Below, one piece after another: positions 38,706 through 49,784 of a stretch of 60,000 bases of DNA. Under the pieces are notes generated by a model. The model saw only the letters and a list, made by a program, of their open reading frames with translations, searched no databases and was not told where the DNA came from. This DNA is from Callorhinchus milii. Its lineage: Eukaryota. The first letter of the stretch is position 1. The number at the start of each line of letters is the position of its first letter. The translations under genes and the position numbers were made by a program. The stretch spans positions 25,360,001 to 25,420,000 of the forward strand of contig NW_024704742.1 of the NCBI RefSeq assembly GCF_018977255.1, given 5' to 3'.

Positions 38706-39856
38706 CTTCAGAGCTTTGATTTCAAAAGAGAAATGCGTCAGTATAGGGTTAGCATTGAAGGTTTTTCAGAATAGGTCTGGAGCAAACAGAATAATTTTCT
38801 CACCTATTACATTGTTTGTAGAGGAAAAAAGACTGGGTTTGAATAATGGCAATGTTGAGATGTAAGATGACAGAGTTTTGCTTGCTTTTATCATTTATGA
38901 AAGAACAAATTATAAGCCGGAATCTTTTAGGGCAATTCATTACTTTATATAGCATAAACAAAATAACACAGGGATCTAATGTGTGGGTACTTTTAAAATG
39001 GGATTCTTTAATAAGGAACCCAAGTTGTGTAAATCTCTGCCATATTTTCCGATGAGAGATGGAGTGAATGTATATGTTTTACTGATCAAAGGAGGATGCA
39101 CCTTTGATAATCTGGGTGCCCATTTCTTCTTTAAAGCAGGATTCTTATTTACCTTCTTTGGGGTATAATTTACATGTCTTAATAAAATGAATCCCATAAG
39201 AATTCTTCTCGACATAGTGAACACCGTTTCAGAAGTAGATTACATTGCAATGGAGTGCCTGTGATTTACTTCTGGTTATGAAGTGCTCTGGAACACTACC
39301 CCATGTGAAGTGCGCTACATAAATGCAAGTCATTGTATTGGAAAGAGACCCCCACTTACACAACATAGTTCCTTATTCAAGAATCCCATTACAAAATACC
39401 ACAAATGAAATCCTTGTGTTATTTTGTTTAGGCGATAAAGCAATTTTTTTAAAAAACACTTGCATTTGATATACTCCCATATCACATCAAAAGGTTGCAA
39501 CCTGCTTCACAGAGTTCTCTGAAGTCCAGTGACTACGTATTTGTAGATGAAGGTGGCAGCCAATTTGCACACAGCTGAGTCCCACAAATGGCCAAGAAGT
39601 AATTTACTGGTTGTATGTGATAGATTAGGAGTTCTGTTATAGAAGCCTTGTGAGGAGCATACATGTGCATCTCTGCAATGTCTTCATTTTACTGATAAGT
39701 CTGATCAATAGTTACACTGTCTTCTAGGTGGGGCACAAAGACTTGGGGTGGGGAGGGGGAGAGATTATTATTAACCCACACAAGCACTTGCTTTAGAAAC
39801 AGAATCGATTAAAACTCCTCCACCTCGATATTTCAAAGCAATTTAATAAGAAACAA

Positions 39857-39862
39857 TTTATT
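39857..39862 (-). other. Candidate polyadenylation signal (AATAAA) for DRD5
   Basis: tttatt on the + strand about 1.6 kb downstream of the DRD5 stop, next to an ATTAAA. No transcript evidence. Confidence 0.3.
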
Positions 39863-40729
39863 AAGAATGAATCTGTCTACCCAGAATCATTTAAAAAGTA
39901 CTGTTCTGAGATAACTTGTTTTTTTTTTAAACACACACAGTCCAAAAGCATTTGCAGTCAATGCGACAGCCAGAGTGGGTAAAGGGTTCAAGCCCAAGAC
40001 TGTAATGTATTATTATTATTATTATTATTATTTATTATTATTATTATTATAACGAATAAAGGACTCTTGCTGTTAAATGATCAGCATAACAACGTTTTGA
40101 TCTTGATCTGAGGTCGATGTGGCTCTCTGTGATGTACCTGAAAATAGTCTGGATTTTATACTACAGAAATAGTCAAAACCCTCTAAAACATCCATTGATC
40201 ATCGCGAGTGGAAACCAAACACAAGAGAGAGAGAGAATAAAACTCAGTGTCACTTACCCGGGTGTTGGCTAACCCCAAACAAGGTGAATTTTGCAAAGAC
40301 ATGTCTTTTTTTCCCCCAAAAAAAGCAAAGGTGGTGGTGGTGGGGGAAGAGTTGAAACGATTTGTGCAAATACATTTTCATTGCCCCCTTCCTTCTCTCA
40401 GTCTGAAATGCTCCCTCCAGCGCTGGGCTGTGGCTTGGATTTAAGAGCACATTTGCAGTTTCAAAAAAAAGTTACGGGTCTTTCTTTCGTGGTTGTTTTC
40501 GAAGAGTCTGCGGCTTCTCATCTGTTTAAAACCAAATGCCCGCGTCCCTCCCTCTCTCCCTCTCCTTTTGCAGAGCGCTGTTCCTTTCCCGTCGCAGGAG
40601 AGGGGATGCAATGCGTAATGTGCCAGAGTTTGGGACAGACTGGGTTTGGGACAGACTACTGGGTTTGGGACAGTTTGGGTGGATACGAGTAGTTTACAAA
40701 AACAACACACGAAAAACTGATGAGTGCGG

Positions 40730-41352
40730 GTGGGAGGATTGGGGGGTGATGGGGAGGATTGGGGGTAGTGGGAGGACTTGGGGTGTGGGAGATTGGGGGG
40801 TGTGGGGAGGATGGGGGGTAGTGGGAGGACTGGGGGTGTGGGAGGATTGGGGGTGGTGGGGAGGACTGGGGGTAGTGGGAGGATTGGGGGGTGATGGGGA
40901 GGATTGGGGGGTAGTGGGAGGACTGGGGGTATGGGAGGATTGGGGGGTGATGGGGAGGACTGGGGGTAGTGGGGGATGGGGGGTGATGGGAGGATTGGGT
41001 GTAGTGGGAGGACTGGGGGGGTAGTGGGAGGATTGGGGGGTAGTGGGAGGACTGGGGGGTAGTGGGAGGATTGGGGGGTAGTGGGAGGACTGGGGGTAGT
41101 GGGAGGATTGGGTGGGTAGGTGGTGGGGAGGATTGGGTGGGTGGGTGGGGGGTGGTGGGGAGGATTGGGGGGTGGGGTGGGGAGGATTGGGGGGTGGGTG
41201 GGGAGGATTGGGGGGTGGGGTGGGGAGGATTGGGGGGTGGGGTGGGGAGGATTGGGGGGGTGGGGGGGGAGGATTGGGGGGTGGGGTGGGGAGGATTGGG
41301 GGGTGGGGTGGGGAGGATTGGGGGGGTGGGTGGTGGGAAGGATTGGGGTGGG
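40730..41352. repeat. G-rich minisatellite (unit about 18-20 bp, GGGAGGA(T/C)TGGGGGGT(A/G)GT), roughly 30 copies
   Basis: Directly visible tandem array beginning about 90 bp downstream of the DRD5 stop codon. Confidence 0.95.
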
Positions 41353-41438
41353 GTGTAGGTGTTTGTGTGTGTGTGTTTGTGTGCGTGAGTGTGAGAGAGA
41401 GACAGAGAGAGAACAGATCTCCTTTGCTTTTGTTTCTT

Positions 41439-42968
41439 TCAATGCAAACCGTTGAGGGTAAACGAAGTCACTTTGTCCGGGGACACGTCCGGCTCTGGGT
41501 CCAGACCGTAGAGCGGGGGGGAGTCGGTGGTGGCCGCCGCCGGGACCACCTGGTGACCGGCTGAGATCTGGGACATCCTGTCGAACATGTCCTCCCTGTC
41601 CTGGGCGCAGCTGCCCACGGCGTTGGGGATCATACTGACATAGGCGGCCACCATCTCCCGGTGAAACACCGTGTCCCGGTTGCAGGAGGCCAGCTCGTTG
41701 CTGAGGTTCACCGTCTCCACCGGGGTGGCCGAGCAGAGGCGGCGGCAGCCCAGGAGGCTGGAGAAGGCCTTGCGGAACTCGGCGTTGAACGCGTACACCA
41801 CCGGGTTGAGGGTGGAGTTGGCCCAACCGCACCACACGAAGACGTCGAAGGTGGTGTCCCCCACGCAGGGCAGGCGGGAGGGGCCGCGCCGACAGAAGGG
41901 CACCAGGCAGTTCACCACGAAAAAGGGCAGCCAGCAGCACACGAACACCCCCATGATCACCGACAAGGTCTTCAGCACCTTGGTCTCTTTCCTGAAGGAG
42001 CTCTTCAGGGAATTGTGGTGCTGCTGCTGGTGTTGCTGCTGGTCCTGGTGCTGCTGCTGGTGCTGCTGGTGTCGCTGCTGGTGCTGCTGGTGTCGCTGCT
42101 GGTGCTGGTGCTGCTGCTGCTGGTCCTGGTGCTGCTGCTGGTCCTGGTGCTGCTGCTGGTCCTGGTGCTGCTGCTGGCGCGGATCTCGCTTGCTCCTGCG
42201 GCAGCTCTTGGCGTGTTCCGCCGCCCTCTCCAGCGAGGCGATCCTCCTGATCTGGATCTGGGCAATCCGGTAGATCCGGGTGTAGGTGACCAGCATGATG
42301 GCCACGGGGATGTAGAAGCTGATGAGCGACGAGGAGATGGCGTAAGTCCGGTTCAGGCTGGAGTCGCAGTTGGTGCCGCTGCCGCCGCCGCTGCTGGAGT
42401 TGAGCTGGGACACGGTGATGGTGGCGGCGGTGGCGGTGGCGGTGCGGGTCTGGTGCTGCTGCTGGTGGTGGCTGGTGGCTTTGTGCCAGTTCAGTTGCAC
42501 GGGGATGAAGGAGATGAGGACCGAGAGAGCCCAGGTCACCCCGATCATCACGAACGCCAGCCTCCTGGTCATCTTGCGCTCGTAGCGAAACGGGCTGGAG
42601 ATGGCCCAGTACCGGTCCAGGCTGATCACGCACAGGTTCAGGATGGAGGCGGTGGAGCACATGATGTCGAAGGCGATCCACACGTCGCAGAAAGCCCCGA
42701 AAGGCCAGTAGCCGGCCACCTCGGCCACCGCCTTCCAGGGCATGACCAGCAGGGCCACCAGCAGGTCGGAGAGGGCCAGCGAGACGATGAAGATGTTGGT
42801 GACTTTGGTGCGGAAGTGGCGGAATCTGAGCACCGCGGCGCACACCAGGGCATTGCCGAGCAGCGTGAAGAGGATGAGCAGGGACAGCAAACTCCCAGTC
42901 ACTACACTGGCCGCCAGCTCCTTCCTCGGACCCCCTGTGGGCTCCTCATGCCCAGTCCTGTTGGACAT
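41439..42968 (-). CDS. DRD5: D(1B)/D5 dopamine receptor, intronless class A GPCR, 509 aa
   Basis: ATG at 42968 (MSNRTG...). 7TM motifs: [107 protein letters not shown]. The C-tail [27 protein letters not shown] is D5-type. Synteny with SLC2A9 and OTOP1 supports DRD5 over DRD1. Confidence 0.95.
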   Translation of the reverse strand: MSNRTGHEEPTGGPRKELAASVVTGSLLSLLILFTLLGNALVCAAVLRFRHFRTKVTNIFIVSLALSDLLVALLVMPWKAVAEVAGYWPFGAFCDVWIAFDIMCSTASILNLCVISLDRYWAISSPFRYERKMTRRLAFVMIGVTWALSVLISFIPVQLNWHKATSHHQQQHQTRTATATAATITVSQLNSSSGGGSGTNCDSSLNRTYAISSSLISFYIPVAIMLVTYTRIYRIAQIQIRRIASLERAAEHAKSCRRSKRDPRQQQHQDQQQHQDQQQHQDQQQQHQHQQRHQQHQQRHQQHQQQHQDQQQHQQQHHNSLKSSFRKETKVLKTLSVIMGVFVCCWLPFFVVNCLVPFCRRGPSRLPCVGDTTFDVFVWCGWANSTLNPVVYAFNAEFRKAFSSLLGCRRLCSATPVETVNLSNELASCNRDTVFHREMVAAYVSMIPNAVGSCAQDREDMFDRMSQISAGHQVVPAAATTDSPPLYGLDPEPDVSPDKVTSFTLNGLH

Positions 42969-43560
42969 GATTCCCGGCTGGAACACAAGACTCGTTGGAT
43001 CTGCACACACCCCCCCCCCCCACCCCCCCCCACCTCCCTCACTCCCTCCCTCCCCTCCTCCTCCTCCTCCTCCTCTCCGGTTGCTCTTACATCCCCCGGT
43101 CACCGCCGCCCCGGACTCGGACAGGCGTCAAGGACCGGAGAAGCCGCAGCCGAAGAGACTTCATTGATTGGAAACGAGTCCGTATCAGGAGTCGCGGCTT
43201 TTACTGTGTCTCACGCGAAACCTCCTCATCCCCCTCCGCTCTCCCTGTCTCACTCACTCACTCACTCACTCACTCACTCACTCACTCACTCACTCACTCG
43301 CTCGCTCACTCACTCACTCACTCACTCAGTCGCTCGCTCACTCACTCACTCACTCACTCACTCACTGATCCACGTTTCTTCCTCTAAAGCGCAAACTTGA
43401 GTCGGAGCGGATTTTTGCACATTCCCCAACAGTCGGCGAGAGCTCCGACTCCGACTCCGACAGTAAAAACCAAATGCCTTCAACACACTGTGTGGGGGTG
43501 TGAGTCCCCGAGAGAGAGAGTATCCAGAGGCGAGACTGCGATACGGCAGCCACGGAGATC
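41470..43560. promoter_or_regulatory. CpG island covering DRD5 and its 5' flank; a second CpG-rich patch at about 44700-45160 is a possible promoter or upstream exon
   Basis: High GC and dense CpG compared with the CpG-depleted, AT-rich remainder of the window. Confidence 0.7.
43250..43366. repeat. (TCAC)n tetranucleotide microsatellite with TCGC variants
   Basis: Direct tandem repeat about 280 bp upstream of the DRD5 ATG. Confidence 0.95.
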
Positions 43561-44040
43561 TGGGGGGGGGGTGAGGGGCAGGGGGGTGGGGTGCGGGGGT
43601 GGGGGGGTGGGGAGGGGGTGCGGGGGGGGAGGGGGGTGCGGGGGGTGGGGAGGGGGTGCGGGGGTGGGGAGGGGGTGCGGGGGTGGGGAGGGGGGTGCGG
43701 GGGGGTGAGGGGGGTGCGGAGGGGGTGAGGGGGGTGAGGTGGTGGGGGGGGGTGAGGGGAGGGAGGGGGTGAGGTGGTGGGGTGGGGTGAGGGGGTGGGG
43801 GAGGGGTGAGGGGGTGGGGTGAGGGGGTGGGTGAGGGGGTGAGGGGGTGGGGAGGGGGTGGGGTGGGGGAGGGGGTGAGGGGGTGGGGGGGGTGAGAGGG
43901 GGTGGGGAGGGGTGAGGGGTGGGGGAGGGTGAGGGGGTGGGGGAGGGGTGGGGGGGTGAGGGGTTGGGGAGGGGTGGGGTGGGTGAGGGGGGTGAGGGGT
44001 GGGGGGGGTGAGAGGGGAGGGGGGGATTAGGGGGTGGGGG
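43560..44040. repeat. G-run low-complexity tract (GGGGGT/GGGGA units)
   Basis: About 480 bp dominated by runs of 4-9 G. Confidence 0.95.
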
Positions 44041-44149
44041 TCATTTTGGGTACCAGAGGAAACAGAGAGAGAGCAAATCATTCATCTTCCAGATACCTTA
44101 GTGGATGCTCCATTTTGGTCCTTAGAAACGACCGACATAAAAGATATTA

Positions 44150-44692
44150 GGGAGAGGGGGGGGGGGGGTGGGGGGGGGGAGAGGGAGGGAGTGGGGGGGG
44201 GGGAGAGAGAGGGGGAGTGGGGGGGGGGGGGAGAGAGGGGGGGTGGGGGTGAGGGAGAGAGAGGGGGGGAGTGGGGGGAGGAGGGAGAGAGGGGGGGAGT
44301 GTGGGGAGAGGGAGAGAGAGGGGGAGTGTGTGTGGGGGGGAGAGGGAGAGAGAGGGGGGAGTGGGGGGGGGAGGGAGAGAGAGGGGGGAGTGAGGGGGGA
44401 GAGAGGGAGAGAGAGGGGGGGAGTGGGGGAGGGAGAGAGGGGGGGAGTGTGTGGGGGAGAGGGAGAGAGAGGGGGAGTGTGTGGGGAGAGGGAGAGAGAG
44501 GGGGAGTGTGTGGGGGAGAGGGAGAGAGAGGGGGGGAGTGGGGGTGTGCGTGGGGGAGGGAGAGAGAGGGGGGAGTGAGGGGGGGGAGGGAGAGAGAGGG
44601 GGGGAGTGAGGGGGGGAGAGGGAGAGAGAGGGGGGAGTGAGGGGGGGAGAGGGAGAGAGAGGGGGGGAGTGAGGGGGGGAGAGGGAGAGAGA
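44150..44692. repeat. Purine-rich minisatellite (about GGGAGAGAGAGGGGGGAGTGAGGGGGGA)
   Basis: About 540-bp homopurine-dominated tandem array. Confidence 0.95.
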
Positions 44693-45162
44693 CAGAGTCC
44701 CACCACCGTTGATTCCGACAACGATTAAATCGCTTGAAGGCGAACGGGAAAGAAATAACCCCCAAACAATTAAACAATAAAGACCTTAAGAGCTGCAAAA
44801 ACAGTGTCAGATGTTGCGCAAGTTATCCTCCCGTTTACTTCCCGAACGATTGACTTCAGTGCCCGGGAAAAAAACACACCACTTTCGTTATTCTGCCGCC
44901 GAGCGCTATCCCCTGAGAACAACAACAACAACAACAGGTGCCACTCGCGATCCTCCGGATCTTCCCGGATATCTAAGTCTCCTTCACTTATTCCCTGTCT
45001 CGCTCGATGGGCCGAGAGAGCAAAAGGGGAGGAAAGCATCAGCAATCCCAGACCAGAACCAGACCAGAACCAGAACCAGACCGGGAGCAAAACCGAACAC
45101 CGTCAGCAGCACTCAGACCCGGTGCAGCGTCTGTGGTCCGGTCTCTGTTGCCAATACAGACT

Positions 45163-45464
45163 GGAGTCCCGTAGCTCAGTGGTTAGAGCACTCGCTTTGC
45201 AAGCGAGAGACCTGAGTTCAATTCCAGGCACAGGGCGAAACCTTGGGCAAGTTTCCTTACTCCACACAAAACCAAAAACAATAATAAATTGGTCATTTTC
45301 AATCTACCACTGTTTGTGGGACATTGCTGTGCGCAATTGGCTGCCACGTTCGCCCACAAATATACAGTCAATTCACTTTACAGTGTGTTCTGTGAAGCGC
45401 TTTGGGACGTCCTCACGACATGAAAAGCGCTATAACAAATGCAAGGATTATTATTATTATTATT
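45163..45464 (+). mobile_element. Young tRNA-derived SINE (centrally deleted variant)
   Basis: ggagtcccgtagctcagtggttagagcactcgctttgcaagcgagagacctgagttcaattcc head; near-identical to 51341-51667; (tta)n tail. Confidence 0.93.
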
Positions 45465-45619
45465 CCCTGCGAATCCCACTCTGGTCCCGATGCTTTCCCA
45501 GCGTCAGCTGTCGACCAGAGCCTCGCCACAGGGAACCCGAAGCTGATAACCCCACGAAATGTACATTCCATTCACTTTACACTGTATTCTCTCTCTCTCT
45601 GAAGCCCCTCAAAAAACAC

Positions 45620-46110
45620 ACACACAGTCGGTTTACTTTAGGGTGTGTTCTGGAGGAGGGCACTGGGAGGGGGTTAGTGGGGTGGGGCAGGGTGGCCGAA
45701 GGCACTGTTGAAGGAACTTGAAGGAGACAAGCGAGGGGGTGAGGCGGTGGTGGTGGGTGGGGGGGGGGGGGCGGGGGTTTTTGCGGGATAGAGTTCCAGA
45801 GCGTGGGGGGCAGACATGCTGAATGGCCGATCGCGAATGCCCGGCAGGAAGTGCGGGGGACCTAAAGCGGGCTGGTGTCTGCCGAGAGGAGGGAGCGGAC
45901 AGGCTGATGTGGGGTTATGAAGTCGGAGAGGTGGGGGAGAGCAAGACCGTGGAGCACCTTGAAGGTAAGAATGAAGGTTTTGTACTCGATTCTCTGAGGA
46001 ATGGGGAGCCAGTGAAGCCGGGCAAGAACAGGGGTCATAGGTTCCCGGAGCCTGGTGCGGGAGAGGACACGCTCTGCCGCTTGTGGAGGGAGGAGTTGGG
46101 AAATCTGGAA
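45620..46110 (-). mobile_element. L2 LINE 3' fragment
   Basis: AAERVLSRTRLREPMTPVLARLHWLPIPQRIEYKTFILTFKVLHGLA. Confidence 0.9.
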
Positions 46111-46639
46111 ATAAAGGAAAACACCATTCAAATTTGCAAAATAACAAAGCCTTCAAAAATCAATTCCACCCATTGCGCCTTCAATAAGCAAATCATAGTC
46201 TTCTTCTTAATCTGTCTAATTGTTCCCTTGCTTGCATCATGTCATTAGAAATCAAGATTGGGTGTTCCTCTTTACATTGCATTAGCTTTTCTAACATTGA
46301 GCGTAAGGGGAGCAATGGGTATTGTGAAATTAGATAAATCATTATTAATGTGAATCAAGTTTTCCACCCTTACGTTCTGTATCATATGATACTAAACTAC
46401 CGTCGAGATTATGTTTATTTCATAATTGAGTATGAAGCAAAAATTGGGCCTATCAATTGCATACCCTAGCTCATCATATCTAAATGTCATAGCAGTCATC
46501 ACAATACAATATTGTCCATTCCCCATGTATATTTCTTTCATTAACTCTTTCTTTACTTCAGTCAATTGAACCGAACAACTCAACACTCTTTTCCTCGCAT
46601 CCCACATACATGTTACACACATACACACATACACACATA

Positions 46640-46850
46640 CATAATAATCCCTCCAAAACCCAAAACAATAATAAATTGGTCATTTTCAATCTACGACTGT
46701 TTGTGGGACATTGCTGTGCGCAATTGGCTGCCGCGTTCGCCCACAAATATACAGTCAATTCACTTTACAGTGTGTTCTGTGAAGCGCTTTGGGACGTCCT
46801 CCCGACGTGAAAAGCGCTATATCAAATGCAAGGATTATTATTATTATTAT
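46640..46850 (+). mobile_element. 5'-truncated young SINE copy
   Basis: Nearly identical to the 3' two-thirds of 45163-45464 and 51341-51667. Confidence 0.9.
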
Positions 46851-46980
46851 TTTCCCCACATAATACGGTACACTGGTATATCCATTGATTACCCCTTTGA
46901 GAACAACAGTTGGTGATAGCCATTTCCCATTTAGCCCCACCCAATCTTTTTACCATTAATGAGGGTAATGATAAAAAAAG

Positions 46981-47090
46981 CACTTGCCTCACAAGTGAGA
47001 GATCTGGGTTTGATTCCCGGCAGGGCGAAACATTGGGCAAGTTTCCATACCCCCAATTTTTTTTAAAAAAATAATAAATTGGTCACTCAA
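46981..47090 (+). mobile_element. SINE head fragment
   Basis: cacttgcctcacaagtgagagatctgggtttgattcccggcagggcgaaacattgggcaagtttcc. Confidence 0.8.
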
Positions 47091-47149
47091 TTCCCTCTCT
47101 TTGTGAATTGCACCACGGGATCTTTAACATCATTGTAGAAAAAGTAATT

Positions 47150-47335
47150 TTAAATGAATTATTACCCCCAGAAAAACAATCTGCCAATCGACTAACAACC
47201 GAGTTCCTACTTACTGCTAGGTAAACAGAGGCATGTGGAGTAAGGAAACTCGCCCAACATTTCATCCTGCCGCGAATTCAACCCAGGTCCTCTCGCTGGT
47301 GAGGTGAGTGCCCTAACCACTAAGCTACAGGACTA
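47150..47335 (-). mobile_element. SINE 5' half (head and central segment)
   Basis: Reverse complement reads agtcctgtagcttagtggttagggcactcacctcaccagcgagaggacctgggttgaattc. Confidence 0.85.
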
Positions 47336-49784
47336 CACAAATGGTAACAGGCACTGAAGGAGGGGTTCATAGAAAAAACAACAAGTACACCTGTGACAGA
47401 AAGACCATCCCCCAGAAACCTACCAGGCCAGAAATTCAGCAGCAAACACCAGAGGAGGAACAGTATCAAATCAGGTACAGGCATGCCATCCAAATACTGG
47501 TCAGGCTCCTGAAGCAAAAATGAATCAGAACCCGGGCAACTGATCAACGTCACTTGTTATTTTCGAAAACAAAGGTAAATTAAAAAAAAAGATGTTGTAT
47601 TCTTTGTAAATACAGGATATAGTTTTAAAGCCGGCATAACCAGGACACTAAAGACCCCCTGGGATGTAATGATTGATGTGGGGTGGAGATTGATGGACTT
47701 GTGAGCTGCTTTCTCGAATTCAATAAAATTCAACTTACTTAAAACAACACTTGTCTGTTACTCCACATATTACAGTTGTAGTGGCAAGTTAATAGCTTTT
47801 GCAAATATCTGGAAAGACTATTTAAACTGGTGACAATTGTCACAAATTTCCTGTTGCCTTCGATTGGTCTTGCTATTTGCACTTACCTTGATAGGTAAAT
47901 CGTGCTCCATCACTTCCAAATTTTTATTTCTAGTATCCATGTCCACTTGCTGCAATTTTTCCCCATCCTAGTTTGATTTACTCTGAATACTATGTAATTT
48001 GCTGTCAAGTGTGCTGTCGAGTTCTTTGAGCCTTGACCAAATCCAATCGACTCGGTGACAACATACCACTTTCCCAATGTCCTGTTCTAACCAGTCTCAA
48101 TTGGGTTTCTTAATTTCTTTGAGGGTTGATGGTCATTTAAAGAGATCTCTCCACAGGTATATAAATACCAGTAGTAGTACTACAGAATCCCAGTGGGATT
48201 GTCTATGCACAAACTGATTTTCGGGCACTCCTGGATTACCTATCGAGGTGAATGCAAATACCAAGACCATTGAAGCCAACAAGAAATTTGTGACAATTGG
48301 CACTCGTTTAAATTGGCTTTCCATCACTTGGTACTTGGTTACCTGTGAAATGCTTTGAGGAAACACTGACGTTCAAGGCATCAAATGCAAGGATTATTAT
48401 TACTATTTATACTAGTCAGAGAGCATTTTGACTAGCTCTCATTTGTACCAAATACCCACCTGAGAGGAAGAGGTTTTAAATCAGATTTACTTTTTTTTTA
48501 GTAAACAGTTTTCTCTCCTCTTCTGAAGTGAAACATTTATTTTAACGATCGCTTCTCGGTCCTTTGTCTAACATCAGAACGCTGCGGATTGTTATTATTA
48601 TTATCATCGACTGTGAAAAGTACATAGCACATCTTTCCAGTAGTGGGCTCTGAATGTATAAGCTGCACAGGCTTTCTGCAGGATTTGTTAAAGGTTTCCT
48701 TCATTCCGTGGACTCATTGCTGTGCTATACAAATGTAATCTTGTTGTTGTTGTTGAATGTACCATTAATGTTATTGAAATACTGTATCTTCAATCGCTGG
48801 AAAGTTCAGCGGTCAGTTTACCAAGGCATTAAATCGCTACAGGTCCAAGTGAGTGGATATTCATGAACTCTCAGAAAAAATGACAAAAATGCAAAGGGAT
48901 AAAACATCAGAACTGCAGTATCTTGGGAACTGGCCTGACAGCTGCTTGGTAAGTTTCCTGAATACCAAAGCAGCGTGCTATATGCCCCAATTACATACTG
49001 AGTTTTGCTTTGGTGAGATATATTTGTTTTGTGAAACGCAAACATCAAACGTGTAGTATTATATGCCTAATTTCGCAGAAATGGACAGTTTGGCTTCAGC
49101 AGTATCAGTATTGCACCTTGCTGAATTTGGGATTTTAACAATCTGAACACACTAAATCACCTTTCACTTACGCTAACAGCAGAGATTGACCATCATGTCA
49201 TTTATTTTCTATCGATGGAAATTTCACTGTCTATCAGTGGTCAACAAGCATTGCTCTATGGATGTGTCTGTCTGCCAGAAGAACATCCGGTTTCGGGAGT
49301 GCCAAAGGGCCTCCTTTGCCGAGCTTATGGTCAAGTCTGGAGCAGTTTTGACACAGGCACCAGAGATAAAAGAACAGTCTGTCATCACTGAATCCCTATG
49401 CTCAGAGCTCTATCTGTCCACTCACAAAGTGATTCATGCAGACTGTATAACTAATGAACATTTGAATCATGTTAACAATGTACCCCATTAGGGCTACGTG
49501 CTTGATGCAGTATAATCACACTATTCAAATAGCTTTATGGATGTTTGAGCCTGGAAAGACCAAGATCAATAGATTCGCAAAAAAATTTCGGTTCTGGAAG
49601 TTGAAAAGTTTTGAGAAATCAAAAGTAAAATTAATTGTCAATTCTACAAGATAAGGTAACAGGTTAATGTTTAAATCATAGCTAATGAAGTGTGGGGTTT
49701 ATTTCCTCACTGTGGAATGAGATTCAGTGGTGACGGACTGTTCTTTTATCTCTGGTGCCTGTGTCAAAACTGCTCCAGACTTGA

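Noticed and set aside
40730..41352. CRISPR-like repeat-spacer array
   Set aside because: The units are contiguous degenerate minisatellite copies without unique spacers; vertebrate context and no cas genes.
40441..42843. 800-aa ORF on the minus strand overlapping DRD5 in another frame
   Set aside because: GTG start with no early ATG. It is a shadow ORF caused by the GC-rich DRD5 codons and the stop-free C-rich minisatellite, and its product is Pro-rich low-complexity sequence.
42969..43103. 45-aa Gly-rich N-terminal extension of DRD5 in the ORF track
   Set aside because: Begins at GTG and is built from GGA/G repeats. The ATG at 42968 gives a normal N-terminus with an N-glycosylation sequon (NRT).
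41661..43400. 579-aa antisense ORF over DRD5
   Set aside because: Typical antisense open frame of a high-GC3 coding sequence plus (TCAC)n; no recognisable domain.
43362..44798. Several 130-240 aa Pro-rich or Gly-rich ORFs
   Set aside because: Translations of G-rich tandem repeats.
45163..45235. tRNA-Ala-like gene (also at 17953, 36249, 51341)
   Set aside because: These are SINE heads followed by the SINE body and L2-type tail; the acceptor stem is not intact.
44804..45721. 305-aa + strand ORF
   Set aside because: Runs through a CpG-rich flank, short repeats and a SINE; non-ATG start; no coding signature.
47341..47740. Possible Gypsy integrase C-terminus plus LTR remnant
   Set aside because: Only a weak resemblance, with no polypurine tract or catalytic motifs visible.
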